Assembly: GCA_964649035.1 (NCBI GenBank) | Contig: CAZYMT010000002.1 | Coordinates: 1 to 56,745, forward strand | Length of the DNA: 56,745 nucleotides | Direction of reading: 5' to 3' | DNA from: an uncultured Rhodobacterales bacterium | GTDB taxonomy: Bacteria; Pseudomonadota; Alphaproteobacteria; Rhodobacterales; Rhodobacteraceae | Shown: in pieces, positions 10,258 to 20,014 of the stretch | Layout of the letters: each line of letters starts with the position of its first letter | How positions within the stretch are numbered: the first letter of the stretch is position 1 | Made by a program: the position numbers and the translations under genes | Notes under the pieces: model-generated | Told to the model about the DNA's origin: nothing | Databases searched by the model: none | Seen by the model: the letters and a program-made list of their open reading frames with translations, nothing else

Positions 10258-11145
10258 TCACTCCAAATTTTGCACTTGCTCGCGCATTTGATCTATCACG
10301 ACCTTAAGTTCAAGCCCGATTGTGGTCAGATCGGTTGAACCGGACTTGGAACACAGAGTATTTGCCTCGCGGTTGAATTCCTGCATCAGGAAATCAAATT
10401 TTCGACCAATCGCTCCACCCTCGCCCAATAAGGCACGGGCGGCGGCGACGTGGGCGTCAAGGCGATCGAGTTCCTCCATCACGTCAGCTTTCACCGCGAT
10501 GGTCGCCAGTTCCTGTGCCAAGCGCCCTTCGTCAGCAAGTTCGGTGACCTCTAGCAATGCCAGCACCTTTTCGCGAATAACACCGCCTGCGCGCGCGTTA
10601 CGTTCTTGTGCGGCGTTGCGGGCGGCGGCAGATAATTTGGTCAGCGTATCGATTTGCGCGGTCAGAATAGCACCGATTGCACGCCCTTCATCCTCACGCG
10701 CCTCGGCCAGACGGGCAACCATATCGTCGATCTGGGCCTTTGCACCCTTGATCCAATTAAGGTTCGCGGTTTGTGATACTTCCCAAACCCATTTTTGCGC
10801 CAGCAATTCACCAGCAGAGACAGGCACCGTATCAACACCTTGGGCATCCGCCAATTTCTGTGCCTCGGCAGCAGCAGCGATCACCGCTGACAGGTTTTCG
10901 ATATTCAAAACCGGACCTGTTTCATCCGAACCACGACTATATTTTAAATTAATAGAGACATTACCGCGCTTCATGCGCTTGGGAACGGAAGCTCGAATCA
11001 AGGGTTCCAGCACGTCGGCCCCTTCGGGTACCCGCACCCGCACATCCAAGCCACGACCATTTACAGAACGAATTTCCCAAATCCAGCTAACCCCGCCCAA
11101 CTGGCCCGACAGCGAACCAAACCCCGTCATAGACTGTAATACCAT
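10258..11145 (-). CDS. yicC: YicC/YloC family endoribonuclease
   Basis: SMTGFG, EIRSVNGRGLD, EELDRL, GRKFDFLMQEFNREANTLCSK, QMREQVQNLE. Confidence 0.95.
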   Translation of the reverse strand: MVLQSMTGFGSLSGQLGGVSWIWEIRSVNGRGLDVRVRVPEGADVLEPLIRASVPKRMKRGNVSINLKYSRGSDETGPVLNIENLSAVIAAAAEAQKLADAQGVDTVPVSAGELLAQKWVWEVSQTANLNWIKGAKAQIDDMVARLAEAREDEGRAIGAILTAQIDTLTKLSAAARNAAQERNARAGGVIREKVLALLEVTELADEGRLAQELATIAVKADVMEELDRLDAHVAAARALLGEGGAIGRKFDFLMQEFNREANTLCSKSGSTDLTTIGLELKVVIDQMREQVQNLE

Positions 11146-11184
11146 TCCTATCTCCCTACTTTTTATTAACCTATTATCGGTTTG

Positions 11185-11249
11185 TTAACCAAGGTTTATC
11201 AAAACTCAGACAATTCCGCTAAAATGTTATACATTAATAAAACAGTAAC
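11185..11249 (+). promoter_or_regulatory. Two CtrA-like boxes upstream of the PAS-domain gene
   Basis: TTAA-ccaaggt-TTAT (11185-99) and TTAA-taaaaca-GTAAC (11234-49). Confidence 0.5.
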
Positions 11250-11304
11250 CATTTAACAGCGGCGGGGAAAGTCCCCCATCCAGTACCGAGACACAGGAAT
11301 AACC

Positions 11305-11934
11305 ATGACCGATAAAACGATCAACATATTGCGTAACCATTGGGATTCAGTTCGCGAAGGCAAGCTGCCCCCGTTCCGTTCGGAAATCTCGCCGCGCTCC
11401 TTGCCTGAAGTGTTGGATACGCTTTTCATTCTGGAACAACTTAGCCCAAATGATTTGCGCGTACGAATCGCGGGCCTGACCATTTGCGAGATGATGGGCA
11501 TGGAAGTCCGCGGGCAAACCCCCATGACATTTTTTGAAGAACGTGCGCGGGCTCGGTTTGATGCAGTGGTTGAAAATGTGCTGACGCGTCCGACAATTGC
11601 GCGCCTTGGCCTAAGCACCACCGATAAGTTGGGGAACTCTGGCAATGTTGAAATGATCCTGCTGCCTCTACGTAGCGATTTTGGCGAAGTGAACCGTGTT
11701 ATCGGTTGTGTGACTGTGCCAAAAAACGGCTTCACCGCGCCGATCCGCTATAAAATAAACACGATTGATCTTGAACCGATCACCCGCCAAAAACACAATG
11801 TGTTAGGTTTTGCCGAGGAACGCGCCGAGTTCGACATTGAAAGCGCGCCGGCTTTACGCAGCATCAACGGCAATGATCAGGCTGAAACCAAAAAGCCGAT
11901 TGGCAAGCCAAGCTATTTGAAAGTGGTGTCTTAA
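11305..11934 (+). CDS. PAS_5 (DUF1457) domain protein
   Basis: W...REGKLPPFRSEISP, RVRIAG..ICEMMGMEVRG, EMILLPL, RVIGC. Confidence 0.85.
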   Translation: MTDKTINILRNHWDSVREGKLPPFRSEISPRSLPEVLDTLFILEQLSPNDLRVRIAGLTICEMMGMEVRGQTPMTFFEERARARFDAVVENVLTRPTIARLGLSTTDKLGNSGNVEMILLPLRSDFGEVNRVIGCVTVPKNGFTAPIRYKINTIDLEPITRQKHNVLGFAEERAEFDIESAPALRSINGNDQAETKKPIGKPSYLKVVS

Positions 11935-12773
11935 GCGTATTCGCTTTCAGCAATACCTTGTAGCGACAATAATGCTGTTAAATCAGAATGATACAGCCGG
12001 GCATTGGCGATTTTCACCAGTGCCGGTTTGGCATGATACGCAACGCCAAGCCCTGCCGCGCCAACCATAGCCCCATCATTCGCACCGTCGCCAACGGCCA
12101 GAACATCCGCAGAGCTATAGCCACCATTTTCACAAAACAGGTTCATCGCTTCAAGCTTGGCTTGTTGGCCAAGGATCGGTAGGGCAACTTTGCCGGTCAG
12201 TTTGCCATCACTCGCCAACAACCTATTGGCTTGGTTCATCTGAAAACCAACCCGCGCAGCAACACGCGTCGTGAAAAATGTGAAGCCACCAGAAACCAGC
12301 GCTGTCATTGCGCCCAGTTTATTCATCGTTTGCACCAGCGTTTTTGCCCCGGGATTTAGGCTGATACGTTCAAGGTAACATTGTTCCAGCGCTGTTTCGG
12401 GCAGATCAGTTAGCAGACCGACACGTTCATGGATGGCCTCTTCAAAATCCAGCTTACCCTGCATTGCGCGTTCAGTGATTTCGGCAACGCGTTCTTTTAC
12501 GCCCGCAAAATCCGCGAGTTCATCAATACATTCCACCGGAATCATCGTGCTATCCATGTCAGCGATTAGCAGTTTCTTGCGACGGTTTTCTGCGGGAACA
12601 ATATTGGCGTCGATATTCGGGAAATTGACCGATGCCGCCCCGTCAAACGGAATCTCGACAGCGTTTGGCGACAGCCGTTTCGGCGTGGCCGCATTCGGCA
12701 GCTTATCAAAAGCCGCCGAAGCAATATCATCTGAAACGCCCAAAGATGCGGTCAGAACCAGTAGGTGTGTCAT
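11931..12773 (-). CDS. serB: Phosphoserine phosphatase
   Basis: ADMDSTMI..ECIDELA, LVSGGF, AVGDGAND. Confidence 0.96.
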   Translation of the reverse strand: MTHLLVLTASLGVSDDIASAAFDKLPNAATPKRLSPNAVEIPFDGAASVNFPNIDANIVPAENRRKKLLIADMDSTMIPVECIDELADFAGVKERVAEITERAMQGKLDFEEAIHERVGLLTDLPETALEQCYLERISLNPGAKTLVQTMNKLGAMTALVSGGFTFFTTRVAARVGFQMNQANRLLASDGKLTGKVALPILGQQAKLEAMNLFCENGGYSSADVLAVGDGANDGAMVGAAGLGVAYHAKPALVKIANARLYHSDLTALLSLQGIAESEYA

Positions 12774-14138
12774 TTACCCTGCCGCACGTTGCTCGGCATC
12801 CCGTAGCTGCAATTCCTTGCCAACCAAAAAGGCCAGTTCCAAAGATTGCGCCGCATTTAGGCGCGGGTCACATGAAGTGTGGTAACGATGCGAAAGATCT
12901 TCGTCCGTCACAGCCCGCAAACCGCCAGTGCATTCGGTTACGTCTTTGCCCGTCATCTCAAAGTGAACGCCGCCAGCATAGGTGCCTTCGGCCTTGTGAA
13001 TGGCAAAGAATTCGCGAACTTCGGCCAGCACACGTTCAAACGGGCGGGTTTTATAGCCGCTCGGGGATTTGATTGTGTTGCCGTGCATCGGATCACAACA
13101 CCAGACAACTTTCTTGCCTTCACGTTCCACAGCGCGGATCAAGGCTGGCATATGATCGCCAACTTTTCCAGCGCCAAAGCGGTTGATCAATGTCAAACGC
13201 CCCGGGGTATTTTCAGGGTTCAGGATGTCAATCAAGCGGATCAGTTCATCCGCTTCAAGTGTTGGACCACATTTCAGGCCAATCGGATTTTGCACACCAC
13301 GACAGAATTCAACATGGGCCCCGTCAGGCTGACGGGTGCGATCCCCGATCCAGATCATGTGACCGGAACCAGCAACGGGAAGGCCCGATGTAGAATCAAC
13401 GCGACAAAGCGCTTCTTCGTATTCTAACAACAACGCTTCGTGGCTGGTGTAAAAATCAACAGTTTTCATGCTATGCGCGTCACCTGCGCCAGCGGCCTCG
13501 ATGAATTCCAGCGATTCTGAAATCCGGTTGGCGAGGTCATGATATTCTTCATAACCTTCAGCATTTTTAGTTGATTCAAGCGTCCATGAATGTACGCGTT
13601 TAATATCGGCAAATCCGCCTTGGCTGAAGGCGCGAAGCAAGTTCAGCGAAGCCGCAGCCTGCGTGTATGCCTGCAACATCCGGTCAGGATTCGGAACACG
13701 GGATTCTGGCGTAAAATCAAAACCGTTGATGATATCACCGCGGTAGGATGGCAGTTCCACACCGTCAATAATTTCGGTTCCAGACGAACGAGGTTTGGCG
13801 AATTGCCCAGCCATACGACCTATTTTTACAACCGGCTTTTTGGCCCCAAAAGTCAAAACAACCGCCATCTGTAACATCACCTTGTAGGTGTCGCGCAGCA
13901 GGTCGGCGCTGAATTCCTCAAAGCTCTCGGCGCAATCGCCGCCTTGCAAAAGAAACGCGCGCCCTTCAGCAACTTCGCCAAGTTGACGGGTCAGTTTGCG
14001 GGCCTCGCCAGCGAACACCAAGGGTGGATACGATGCTAGCCGCGCCTCAACCTTTTCAAGGGTTTTGGGGTCTGTATACTCGGGCATCTGAATCCGGTCT
14101 TTGTTGCGCCAGTCAGATTTATTCCAAGTTGCGGCCAT
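12774..14138 (-). CDS. aroG: Class II 3-deoxy-7-phosphoheptulonate (DAHP) synthase
   Basis: [43 protein letters not shown]. Confidence 0.97.
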   Translation of the reverse strand: MAATWNKSDWRNKDRIQMPEYTDPKTLEKVEARLASYPPLVFAGEARKLTRQLGEVAEGRAFLLQGGDCAESFEEFSADLLRDTYKVMLQMAVVLTFGAKKPVVKIGRMAGQFAKPRSSGTEIIDGVELPSYRGDIINGFDFTPESRVPNPDRMLQAYTQAAASLNLLRAFSQGGFADIKRVHSWTLESTKNAEGYEEYHDLANRISESLEFIEAAGAGDAHSMKTVDFYTSHEALLLEYEEALCRVDSTSGLPVAGSGHMIWIGDRTRQPDGAHVEFCRGVQNPIGLKCGPTLEADELIRLIDILNPENTPGRLTLINRFGAGKVGDHMPALIRAVEREGKKVVWCCDPMHGNTIKSPSGYKTRPFERVLAEVREFFAIHKAEGTYAGGVHFEMTGKDVTECTGGLRAVTDEDLSHRYHTSCDPRLNAAQSLELAFLVGKELQLRDAEQRAAG

Positions 14139-14259
14139 CGGCTTGCTCCTTTTAGATTTATGGTAACTATTTGCTTCTTATATGCGAAGTTATTTTCGTT
14201 GACCATCCCTGTAAATGGGCAGATAGAGGTCAACAGCGACGTCGCATTCGAGGTATCTA

Positions 14260-15204
14260 ATGACTCAGTTTGTATTTGTGCTACTGCCAAAATTTTCTTT
14301 GATTGCGTTTACCAGCGCAATTGAACCTTTGAGGCTAGCAAACCGTATGGCCGGACGGGATATTTATACTTGGAATCTGGCGTCAGTGGACGGCGAATCC
14401 GCGACCTGCTCGGGCGGGATTATGCTTAATGTTGATACAGGGCTAGAGGAGCTGGATCGCGGCGATACAGTTCTGCTTTGCGGTGGTGTTGATATCAAGG
14501 ATGCCACAACACCAGCGATTCTGAACTGGGTTCGACGCGAGGCACGGCGCGGCGTCACTATTGGCGGCCTGTGCACCGCGACATATCTGATGGCCAAAGC
14601 CGGATTGCTGGATGGGCATACACCGACAATTCACTGGGAAAACCGTGAGGCTTTTATCGAGGATTTCCCTGAAATCACTATTTCCACAGCGATTTATGTC
14701 ATCGAAAAGAACAGATATACAACGGCAGGCGGCACTGCGGCTGCTGATTTGATGCTGCGGATAATCGCCAATGAGCATGGGCGCGAACTGGCAAATGGTG
14801 TGGCGGACCAGATGATTTACACCACCGTTCGCACCGACAAGGACGAGCAACGCCTGTCGATCCCGACACGGATCGGCGTGCGGCATCCAAAACTGGCAAA
14901 CGTCATCAAGATGATGGAGGACAATTTGGAGGAGCCGATTTCCCCCGCAACGTTGGCCTCTGATGTGGGGATTTCTACGCGGCAGTTAGAACGATTGTTC
15001 CGGCGCTACCTGAACCGCTCGCCAAAGCGGTATTATATGGAATTGCGTTTGCAGAAATCGCGCAACCTGTTGTTGCAAACGGATATGTCGGTGATCAATG
15101 TGGCGCTGGCTTGCGGGTTCACCTCGCCCTCGCATTTCTCAAAATGCTACCGGACACATTTTTCGACAACACCGTACCGCGAACGTGGGACACAAAAAGA
15201 TTAA
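14260..15204 (+). CDS. GlxA-family AraC regulator with DJ-1/PfpI-like N-domain
   Basis: IEPLRLAN, GLCT, TIHWEN, RQLERLF, ACGFTSPSHFSKCYR. Confidence 0.93.
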   Translation: MTQFVFVLLPKFSLIAFTSAIEPLRLANRMAGRDIYTWNLASVDGESATCSGGIMLNVDTGLEELDRGDTVLLCGGVDIKDATTPAILNWVRREARRGVTIGGLCTATYLMAKAGLLDGHTPTIHWENREAFIEDFPEITISTAIYVIEKNRYTTAGGTAAADLMLRIIANEHGRELANGVADQMIYTTVRTDKDEQRLSIPTRIGVRHPKLANVIKMMEDNLEEPISPATLASDVGISTRQLERLFRRYLNRSPKRYYMELRLQKSRNLLLQTDMSVINVALACGFTSPSHFSKCYRTHFSTTPYRERGTQKD

Positions 15205-15773
15205 GTGAAATCTATGCGGCCGGTTTCGGTGATGACGGCTTCAAGTTTCTGATCGTATTCGTCGATTGGCAAACTTTCAACCTGCTGGGCGCTATAGGCA
15301 TATCCAACCGCAATTGTCGGACGAGCCGCGCGCAGGATTTCCAGCGAACGATCGTAAAACCCGCCGCCATATCCCAAACGATAGCCACGCGTATCAAACG
15401 CTAGCAGTGGAGTTATAAGAACTTCAGGTTCCAACCAGTCGCCGCTATCTGGCACCAACGCGCCAAATGCCCCTTCGACCATTTCGGTATCAGGTGCCCA
15501 AGCCCTGAATTTCAAAGGTTTCTCAGGGCCTTCTACCACAGGAACACATATCCGATGCCCCTCACGGTGTAGTTCAGTCATCGCAGGTATCGGATCAATT
15601 TCCGTGCGGATCGGCATATATCCAGACACCACAAGCGGGCGGTCGAGGTCTTCGATCAGACGCGACAAAGCTCCTGCCGCCCGCAAAGCGGACTGGCCGC
15701 GTGCCGTGTGGGCAGATTGACGTGCGGTGAATGCTTTCACCCGCGCTTCGCGTTTTTGTTGTGGAATATTCAT
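15201..15773 (-). CDS. ygfA: 5-formyltetrahydrofolate cyclo-ligase
   Basis: PLLAFDTRGYRLGYGGGFYDRSL; start at ATG 15773 just after 6S RNA. Confidence 0.95.
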   Translation of the reverse strand: MNIPQQKREARVKAFTARQSAHTARGQSALRAAGALSRLIEDLDRPLVVSGYMPIRTEIDPIPAMTELHREGHRICVPVVEGPEKPLKFRAWAPDTEMVEGAFGALVPDSGDWLEPEVLITPLLAFDTRGYRLGYGGGFYDRSLEILRAARPTIAVGYAYSAQQVESLPIDEYDQKLEAVITETGRIDFT

Positions 15774-15943
15774 AAGGTGGCGGGCCCGTCTCGGCCGTGG
15801 AGAAGTCTTTTCCTTGAGAGCCTGTATGTACAGGTGGGCACCGGATACGATAGGCCAGGACCAGTCACAGAGCCAGCTCCCTTTCAAAGATTATGGCCAC
15901 TAGGATGAAGTTCCTCTCACGAGAAGGTCAGCACCCGCCACTT
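15774..15943 (-). ncRNA. ssrS: 6S RNA
   Basis: Ends pair (GTGGCGGG / CCCGCCAC) in a long rod with a central bubble; contains AAAGGGAGCTG and GGTGCCCACCTG; canonical position upstream of ygfA. Confidence 0.9.
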
Positions 15944-15947
15944 CTCA

Positions 15948-15976
15948 ATATAGGGGGTTTATGCACAGATTTGAAG
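15948..15976 (-). promoter_or_regulatory. Putative promoter of ssrS
   Basis: CTTCAA-N17-CTATAT on the minus strand, a few nt before the 6S 5' end. Confidence 0.6.
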
Positions 15977-16002
15977 GGGGCATCGCAGCTTATGCACCAA
16001 AT

Positions 16003-16018
16003 TTATCTAAAATTTAAC
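16003..16018 (+). promoter_or_regulatory. CtrA-like box upstream of the glycosyltransferase
   Basis: TTAT-ctaaaat-TTAAC, one mismatch. Confidence 0.4.
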
Positions 16019-16067
16019 ATTTTAGTCATGTCTTGATGGGAAAATACCGGCAAACTATTAGGAATTT

Positions 16068-18446
16068 GTGATGAGTGATGTGCAGAATTTGGCCGGACAG
16101 AGATTCGCGTTAATCGCAAATTTTCCCCCAAATTTTGGCCCCTCAGAACTGCATTCCGGTGGATTGGCGCATTTATTGCGAAGTGCGGGGGCCGAAGTCA
16201 TCACTGCATCCGAAATCGGGCGATCCTATGCGCGAATATCGTTGATTTACCGAACCCGACGTTTATTTGCCGCGACGCGCAATAATCTGCATGAGGCAAT
16301 AAGTGACGCAACGCAGGTTGTGATATACGCGTCGGCATTAAAAACCGACAATATAGAAAAACCGCGTTGGCGCAGTCGACGAATGGAGGAATGGCGGAGG
16401 TTTCGGTTGGCTTTTATGGCCGCGCGGTCTGCCAAAAAATGCTTGTTTGTTTTCGATGCGGATTGGCGGCAAAAACCGTTCTGGATAACGCTGTCACTGG
16501 CTGGATCATTGTTCTTCATCATGCCAATCCGGATCGCCAATCTGCGCCGTGGGCCCTCTTGGCTACTAGAACAGATAACCGGAATTTCCGCCCCCTCACC
16601 GTCAAAAGAAGTAACTGCGGACACGTCGTTCGAGCTGGCCCAACTGGACGAACATGACACCGACAATCGCCGTCTTAGTCCCCTTGGTTTGCAACGCGCC
16701 ATGCGTGGAATTAAAGATCAAGCATTGCGCGCTGATCTAGACCAAATCCGCCAGATCAGTACGGAACTGGTTGGAGCCTGTCGACAATTTTCAACCTTGG
16801 CTGTTCTCGCGGTGCCCCATCCGGTTGAAAAAATGGCCGCCGCTAATATTTGCGACCAAAGCAAGCTAAGCCGATTCATGCACCATTACCGGACCAGTTT
16901 ACAGCCAAGGGCGGCGCTGCCGATGGGGGCAGATTCCGATGATAACGCGTTTCTGGATTGGTATCTGCATTCAAAAACTGCGCGGCGAGCGTCCCCGATT
17001 TTACCGGTTCCTAGCGGTTTGGTTTCTTGCGAAAAAGGCGTTATTGCGGCGGCTCGCACCCTCTTGGACTTTGCCCATCGGGTGGAGCAGGTTGATTTTC
17101 TGTCGCCAGAGCTACAGCAATATTTTGCGGACCCCGTTATTGGGAATACCAACAATCTATCGCGATTGGAGCTGATCATGGCCGTGGCTATAAAGCTGCC
17201 ACTTACATCAAGAATGTTGATAGAAAATCCGTGGTGCGCAGATGAAATCCGGTTTTGGTTTGCCAACACTATCTGCCCGATCGCCCCAAGCCTACGGGTG
17301 TTTTCGACCATTTCCAATGAAATTATTTCGGTGCAGCCATCAGTGGAAATCGCGGGAATTGTCGATGGTGACAGCGGATTGGCCACGAATGCAGCAATGA
17401 GTGCGGCGGCATTTCAGTCCCTTGGGTTGCAAGCGAATTTACGCCATATTTCCGACCTGAACAACCCACGTGCTTTGGCGATACGCCCCCCGCGCAGAAG
17501 GTTGGTACGCTCGGTTATTTTGCATCATGTTAACGCGGATCGGGTGCCACAACAGATATTGGCACGGGCATTGGCTGTCGGGAACAAGCCGTTACATATC
17601 GGATATTTGTTGTGGGAACTGGACAAAATTCCGCAATCACATGCGCTGGCCGGAGAGTTGCTTGATGATATTTGGGCACCAACACGGTTTGTGCAGGACA
17701 TTTACGAGCGGGCTTATGGCCGCAAAGTGGTTAATATCGGCAAGGCCATTTCTTTGCCGCAGGTCGAGGCCGCGAATTTGGAAGGCTACGGAATTAGTCG
17801 AGCGTCGCGTGTGTTCCTGACTTGCTTTGATACAAATTCTTCGGTCGAACGCAAGAACCCGCTGGCCGCAGTTCGGGCATTTCTGCAAGCCTTCCCGCGC
17901 GACAATTCCGTTCGGATGATCGTCAAGGCGACGCCGCCCGGGCCGAATGCCTGGGGCGATCCACATCAGCAGATGAAAACAATCCGGCGTCTGGCGCGTA
18001 AAGATCGACGGGTGGTGGTGATCGAGGATACCTTGCCTTTTTACAACCTTATCGCCCTGATCAAACGAGCGGATTGCATTGTCTCAACCCACCGCGCCGA
18101 GGGGTTCGGGTATATTCCCGCCTACGGACTGAATTTTGCGAAACCGGTAATCGTCACGGATTATTCGGGAACACAGGATTTTTGCACCCCTGACACCGCC
18201 TACCCCATTCCTTGCAACCTGGTCACGACGCAGACCAGCGAAATCATTGCCCCAGTGAGCGGGGCTGTCTGGGCGGATATTAATGTCGCGGAAACAGCAA
18301 TGGCCATGCGGCAGGTTCTGGACAATCCGGATGACGCAAAGCAACGCGGGCTGGCGGGGCAGCGCTTGATGAAAAACTACTATTCACCGGAAGCCCACGC
18401 CGCGCGATATCTTAAACGGCTTAAGCAATTGGGTGCTGTTGCTTGA
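16068..18446 (+). CDS. Large GT4 (GT-B fold) glycosyltransferase with long N-terminal extension
   Basis: IGYLLWEL, IWAPTRFV, ERKNPLAAVRAF, STHRAEGFG, KPVIVTDYSG. Confidence 0.88.
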   Translation: MMSDVQNLAGQRFALIANFPPNFGPSELHSGGLAHLLRSAGAEVITASEIGRSYARISLIYRTRRLFAATRNNLHEAISDATQVVIYASALKTDNIEKPRWRSRRMEEWRRFRLAFMAARSAKKCLFVFDADWRQKPFWITLSLAGSLFFIMPIRIANLRRGPSWLLEQITGISAPSPSKEVTADTSFELAQLDEHDTDNRRLSPLGLQRAMRGIKDQALRADLDQIRQISTELVGACRQFSTLAVLAVPHPVEKMAAANICDQSKLSRFMHHYRTSLQPRAALPMGADSDDNAFLDWYLHSKTARRASPILPVPSGLVSCEKGVIAAARTLLDFAHRVEQVDFLSPELQQYFADPVIGNTNNLSRLELIMAVAIKLPLTSRMLIENPWCADEIRFWFANTICPIAPSLRVFSTISNEIISVQPSVEIAGIVDGDSGLATNAAMSAAAFQSLGLQANLRHISDLNNPRALAIRPPRRRLVRSVILHHVNADRVPQQILARALAVGNKPLHIGYLLWELDKIPQSHALAGELLDDIWAPTRFVQDIYERAYGRKVVNIGKAISLPQVEAANLEGYGISRASRVFLTCFDTNSSVERKNPLAAVRAFLQAFPRDNSVRMIVKATPPGPNAWGDPHQQMKTIRRLARKDRRVVVIEDTLPFYNLIALIKRADCIVSTHRAEGFGYIPAYGLNFAKPVIVTDYSGTQDFCTPDTAYPIPCNLVTTQTSEIIAPVSGAVWADINVAETAMAMRQVLDNPDDAKQRGLAGQRLMKNYYSPEAHAARYLKRLKQLGAVA

Positions 18447-18467
18447 CATGATGTTCTTCCTTTGTTC
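18443..18467 (+). promoter_or_regulatory. TTGACA -35 element plus alphaproteobacterial LexA box
   Basis: TTGACA at 18443-48; GTTC-ttccttt-GTTC at 18453-67 (GTTC-N7-GTTC). Confidence 0.85.
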
Positions 18468-18476
18468 AAGTGCAGA

Positions 18477-18920
18477 ATGGATAAAGAAATGCAAGCAGGG
18501 CAATTATTGGCGCGGGGTGTTTGTCGCCACTTGGCCAGTCACAATTTTTCAACCATGGTCGAATTCTCGCCTGCGAAAGGGTTGCGCGTTGACGTGGCTG
18601 CCCTCGGCCCCAAAGGGGAGATTTGGGTGGTGGAGTGTAAATCCAGTCGCGCGGATTTCATGGCGGACAATAAATGGCAGGGTTATCTGGAATGGTGCGA
18701 CCGGTATTTTTGGGCGGTGGATGTGGATTTCCCGCTGGACTTGTTGCCGGAACATTCTGGGCTGATTATCGCGGATGGGTATGATGCCGAAATTCAGCGG
18801 ATGCCCGAAGAGGTTAAGCTGGCGGCAGCGCGACGCAAAAAACTGACGCAGAAATTTGCGCGGGGCGCGGCGGATCGGCTGAGAGGGTTCGTTGATCCAA
18901 AGGTTTCAGGAATGTTGTGA
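18477..18920 (+). CDS. mmcB: SOS-induced DNA repair putative endonuclease MmcB (DUF1052)
   Basis: LARGVCRHL, RVDVAALGPKGEIWVVECKSSRADF..D.KWQGYLEWCDRYFWAV; LexA box upstream. Confidence 0.93.
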   Translation: MDKEMQAGQLLARGVCRHLASHNFSTMVEFSPAKGLRVDVAALGPKGEIWVVECKSSRADFMADNKWQGYLEWCDRYFWAVDVDFPLDLLPEHSGLIIADGYDAEIQRMPEEVKLAAARRKKLTQKFARGAADRLRGFVDPKVSGML

Positions 18921-18938
18921 TATCTGTATAAATCGTAT

Positions 18939-19583
18939 TTATTTTTCGTGCGCCACTAGAACCAGATTGTTCGCGGGCATTTCTATGGGCTCCAAAACGA
19001 TTAAACCACATTTTTTCTGCATATCTTGGATCACTTGATAGGATTTATACCCGATTTCGGCGTCTTGTTGGTTCAGGCTTTCGTGAAATTCCCGATCGCC
19101 CACACTAGCGAAATTCGAGCCGCGCAGGAATGGCCCGTAAATCAGGGATACGCCGCCTGAATTCAAGGCTGCGGCCGATTGTGTGACGACGACCAGCGCT
19201 TCGGCCTCGCTGATCAGATGGAGGAGGTTTGACAACATAATCAGGTCTTGGCCTATGCAATCCGCGGCCCAGCCAGCCACGCTCGCATCCAGAAATTTAG
19301 GCGGGTTAATGTTGGGCAGGTCCGCCTCGACGCTCCAAGCTTTGATACTGTCTAGGCGATCTTGATCAATGTCTGTGGGTTGCCATGTAACATTGGGGAA
19401 AGCACGGGCATAACGGATGATGTGTTCGCCAGTGCCGCTGGCTATTTCCAGCGCGTTGCCGCTGGCAGGAACATATTTCGCAATGGTGTGCAAAAGCGCG
19501 TCGCCGTTGCGTGCCGCCGACGGGGCATGCAATTTTCCGGTAGCGTCGGGGATCGCGACGCTTGCGCTATCAGGTAAATTCAA
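18939..19583 (-). CDS. DUF938 SAM-dependent methyltransferase
   Basis: APSAARN, LEIASGTGEH, WQPTD, YGPF, MPANN. Confidence 0.9.
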   Translation of the reverse strand: MNLPDSASVAIPDATGKLHAPSAARNGDALLHTIAKYVPASGNALEIASGTGEHIIRYARAFPNVTWQPTDIDQDRLDSIKAWSVEADLPNINPPKFLDASVAGWAADCIGQDLIMLSNLLHLISEAEALVVVTQSAAALNSGGVSLIYGPFLRGSNFASVGDREFHESLNQQDAEIGYKSYQVIQDMQKKCGLIVLEPIEMPANNLVLVAHEK

Positions 19584-19637
19584 CCGTTGTGCTGACAGTC
19601 AAATATCCCTTTGGTCATCATTTAAATGTAGCCAACC

Positions 19638-19832
19638 CTACCCCTTATTCGGAACGGCCCGCGCCCGCGCTGCCGCAGCCCGCAACTCATCCGCGATTTC
19701 TTCGGCCTCTTCAGGCTCAAAATCTAGCGGCAGTTCGAAATCTCCAGCCTCGACAAACAGGCGGACCATCCCTTGATCGGTGGGACCGATTTGTAGATTG
19801 GCGGCTACTTCGCTTTGTTTATTGATACCCAT
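19638..19832 (-). CDS. Conserved small acidic protein (DUF6324-like)
   Basis: AGGAG RBS; ANLQIGPTDQGMVRLFVE...PLDFEPEEAEEIADEL. Confidence 0.75.
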   Translation of the reverse strand: MGINKQSEVAANLQIGPTDQGMVRLFVEAGDFELPLDFEPEEAEEIADELRAAAARARAVPNKG

Positions 19833-19937
19833 TGTGCTCTCCTTGGTTAAACATGACCTAAAACGCTTACGGTTTCCCCGCAAGAGGGTATTTGACTGTT
19901 GACCATGCGATGAATAGGAATTACTTGACCCTTAGTT

Positions 19938-20014
19938 GCCGACATAGCTCAGTTGGTTAGAGCGCTAGAATGTGGATCTAGAGGTCCCCTGTTCAATTCA
20001 GGGTGTCGGTACCA
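19938..20014 (+). tRNA. tRNA-His (GTG)
   Basis: Cloverleaf: acceptor GCCGACA/TGTCGGT, D arm GCTC/GAGC, anticodon stem CTAGA/TCTAG with loop ATGTGGA, T arm CCCTG-TTCAATT-CAGGG, encoded CCA. Confidence 0.97.

Noticed and set aside
10322-11188. Long antisense ORFs (also 33074-33805, 34110-34931, 43243-44349, 49686-50516, 53596-54483, 54484-55122)
   Set aside because: Shadow frames opposite well-conserved genes, with Ser/Ala/Arg-rich composition typical of antisense artefacts
15774-15887. N-terminal extension of the 5-formyl-THF cyclo-ligase ORF
   Set aside because: It lies within the 6S RNA; the family-like sequence starts at ATG 15773
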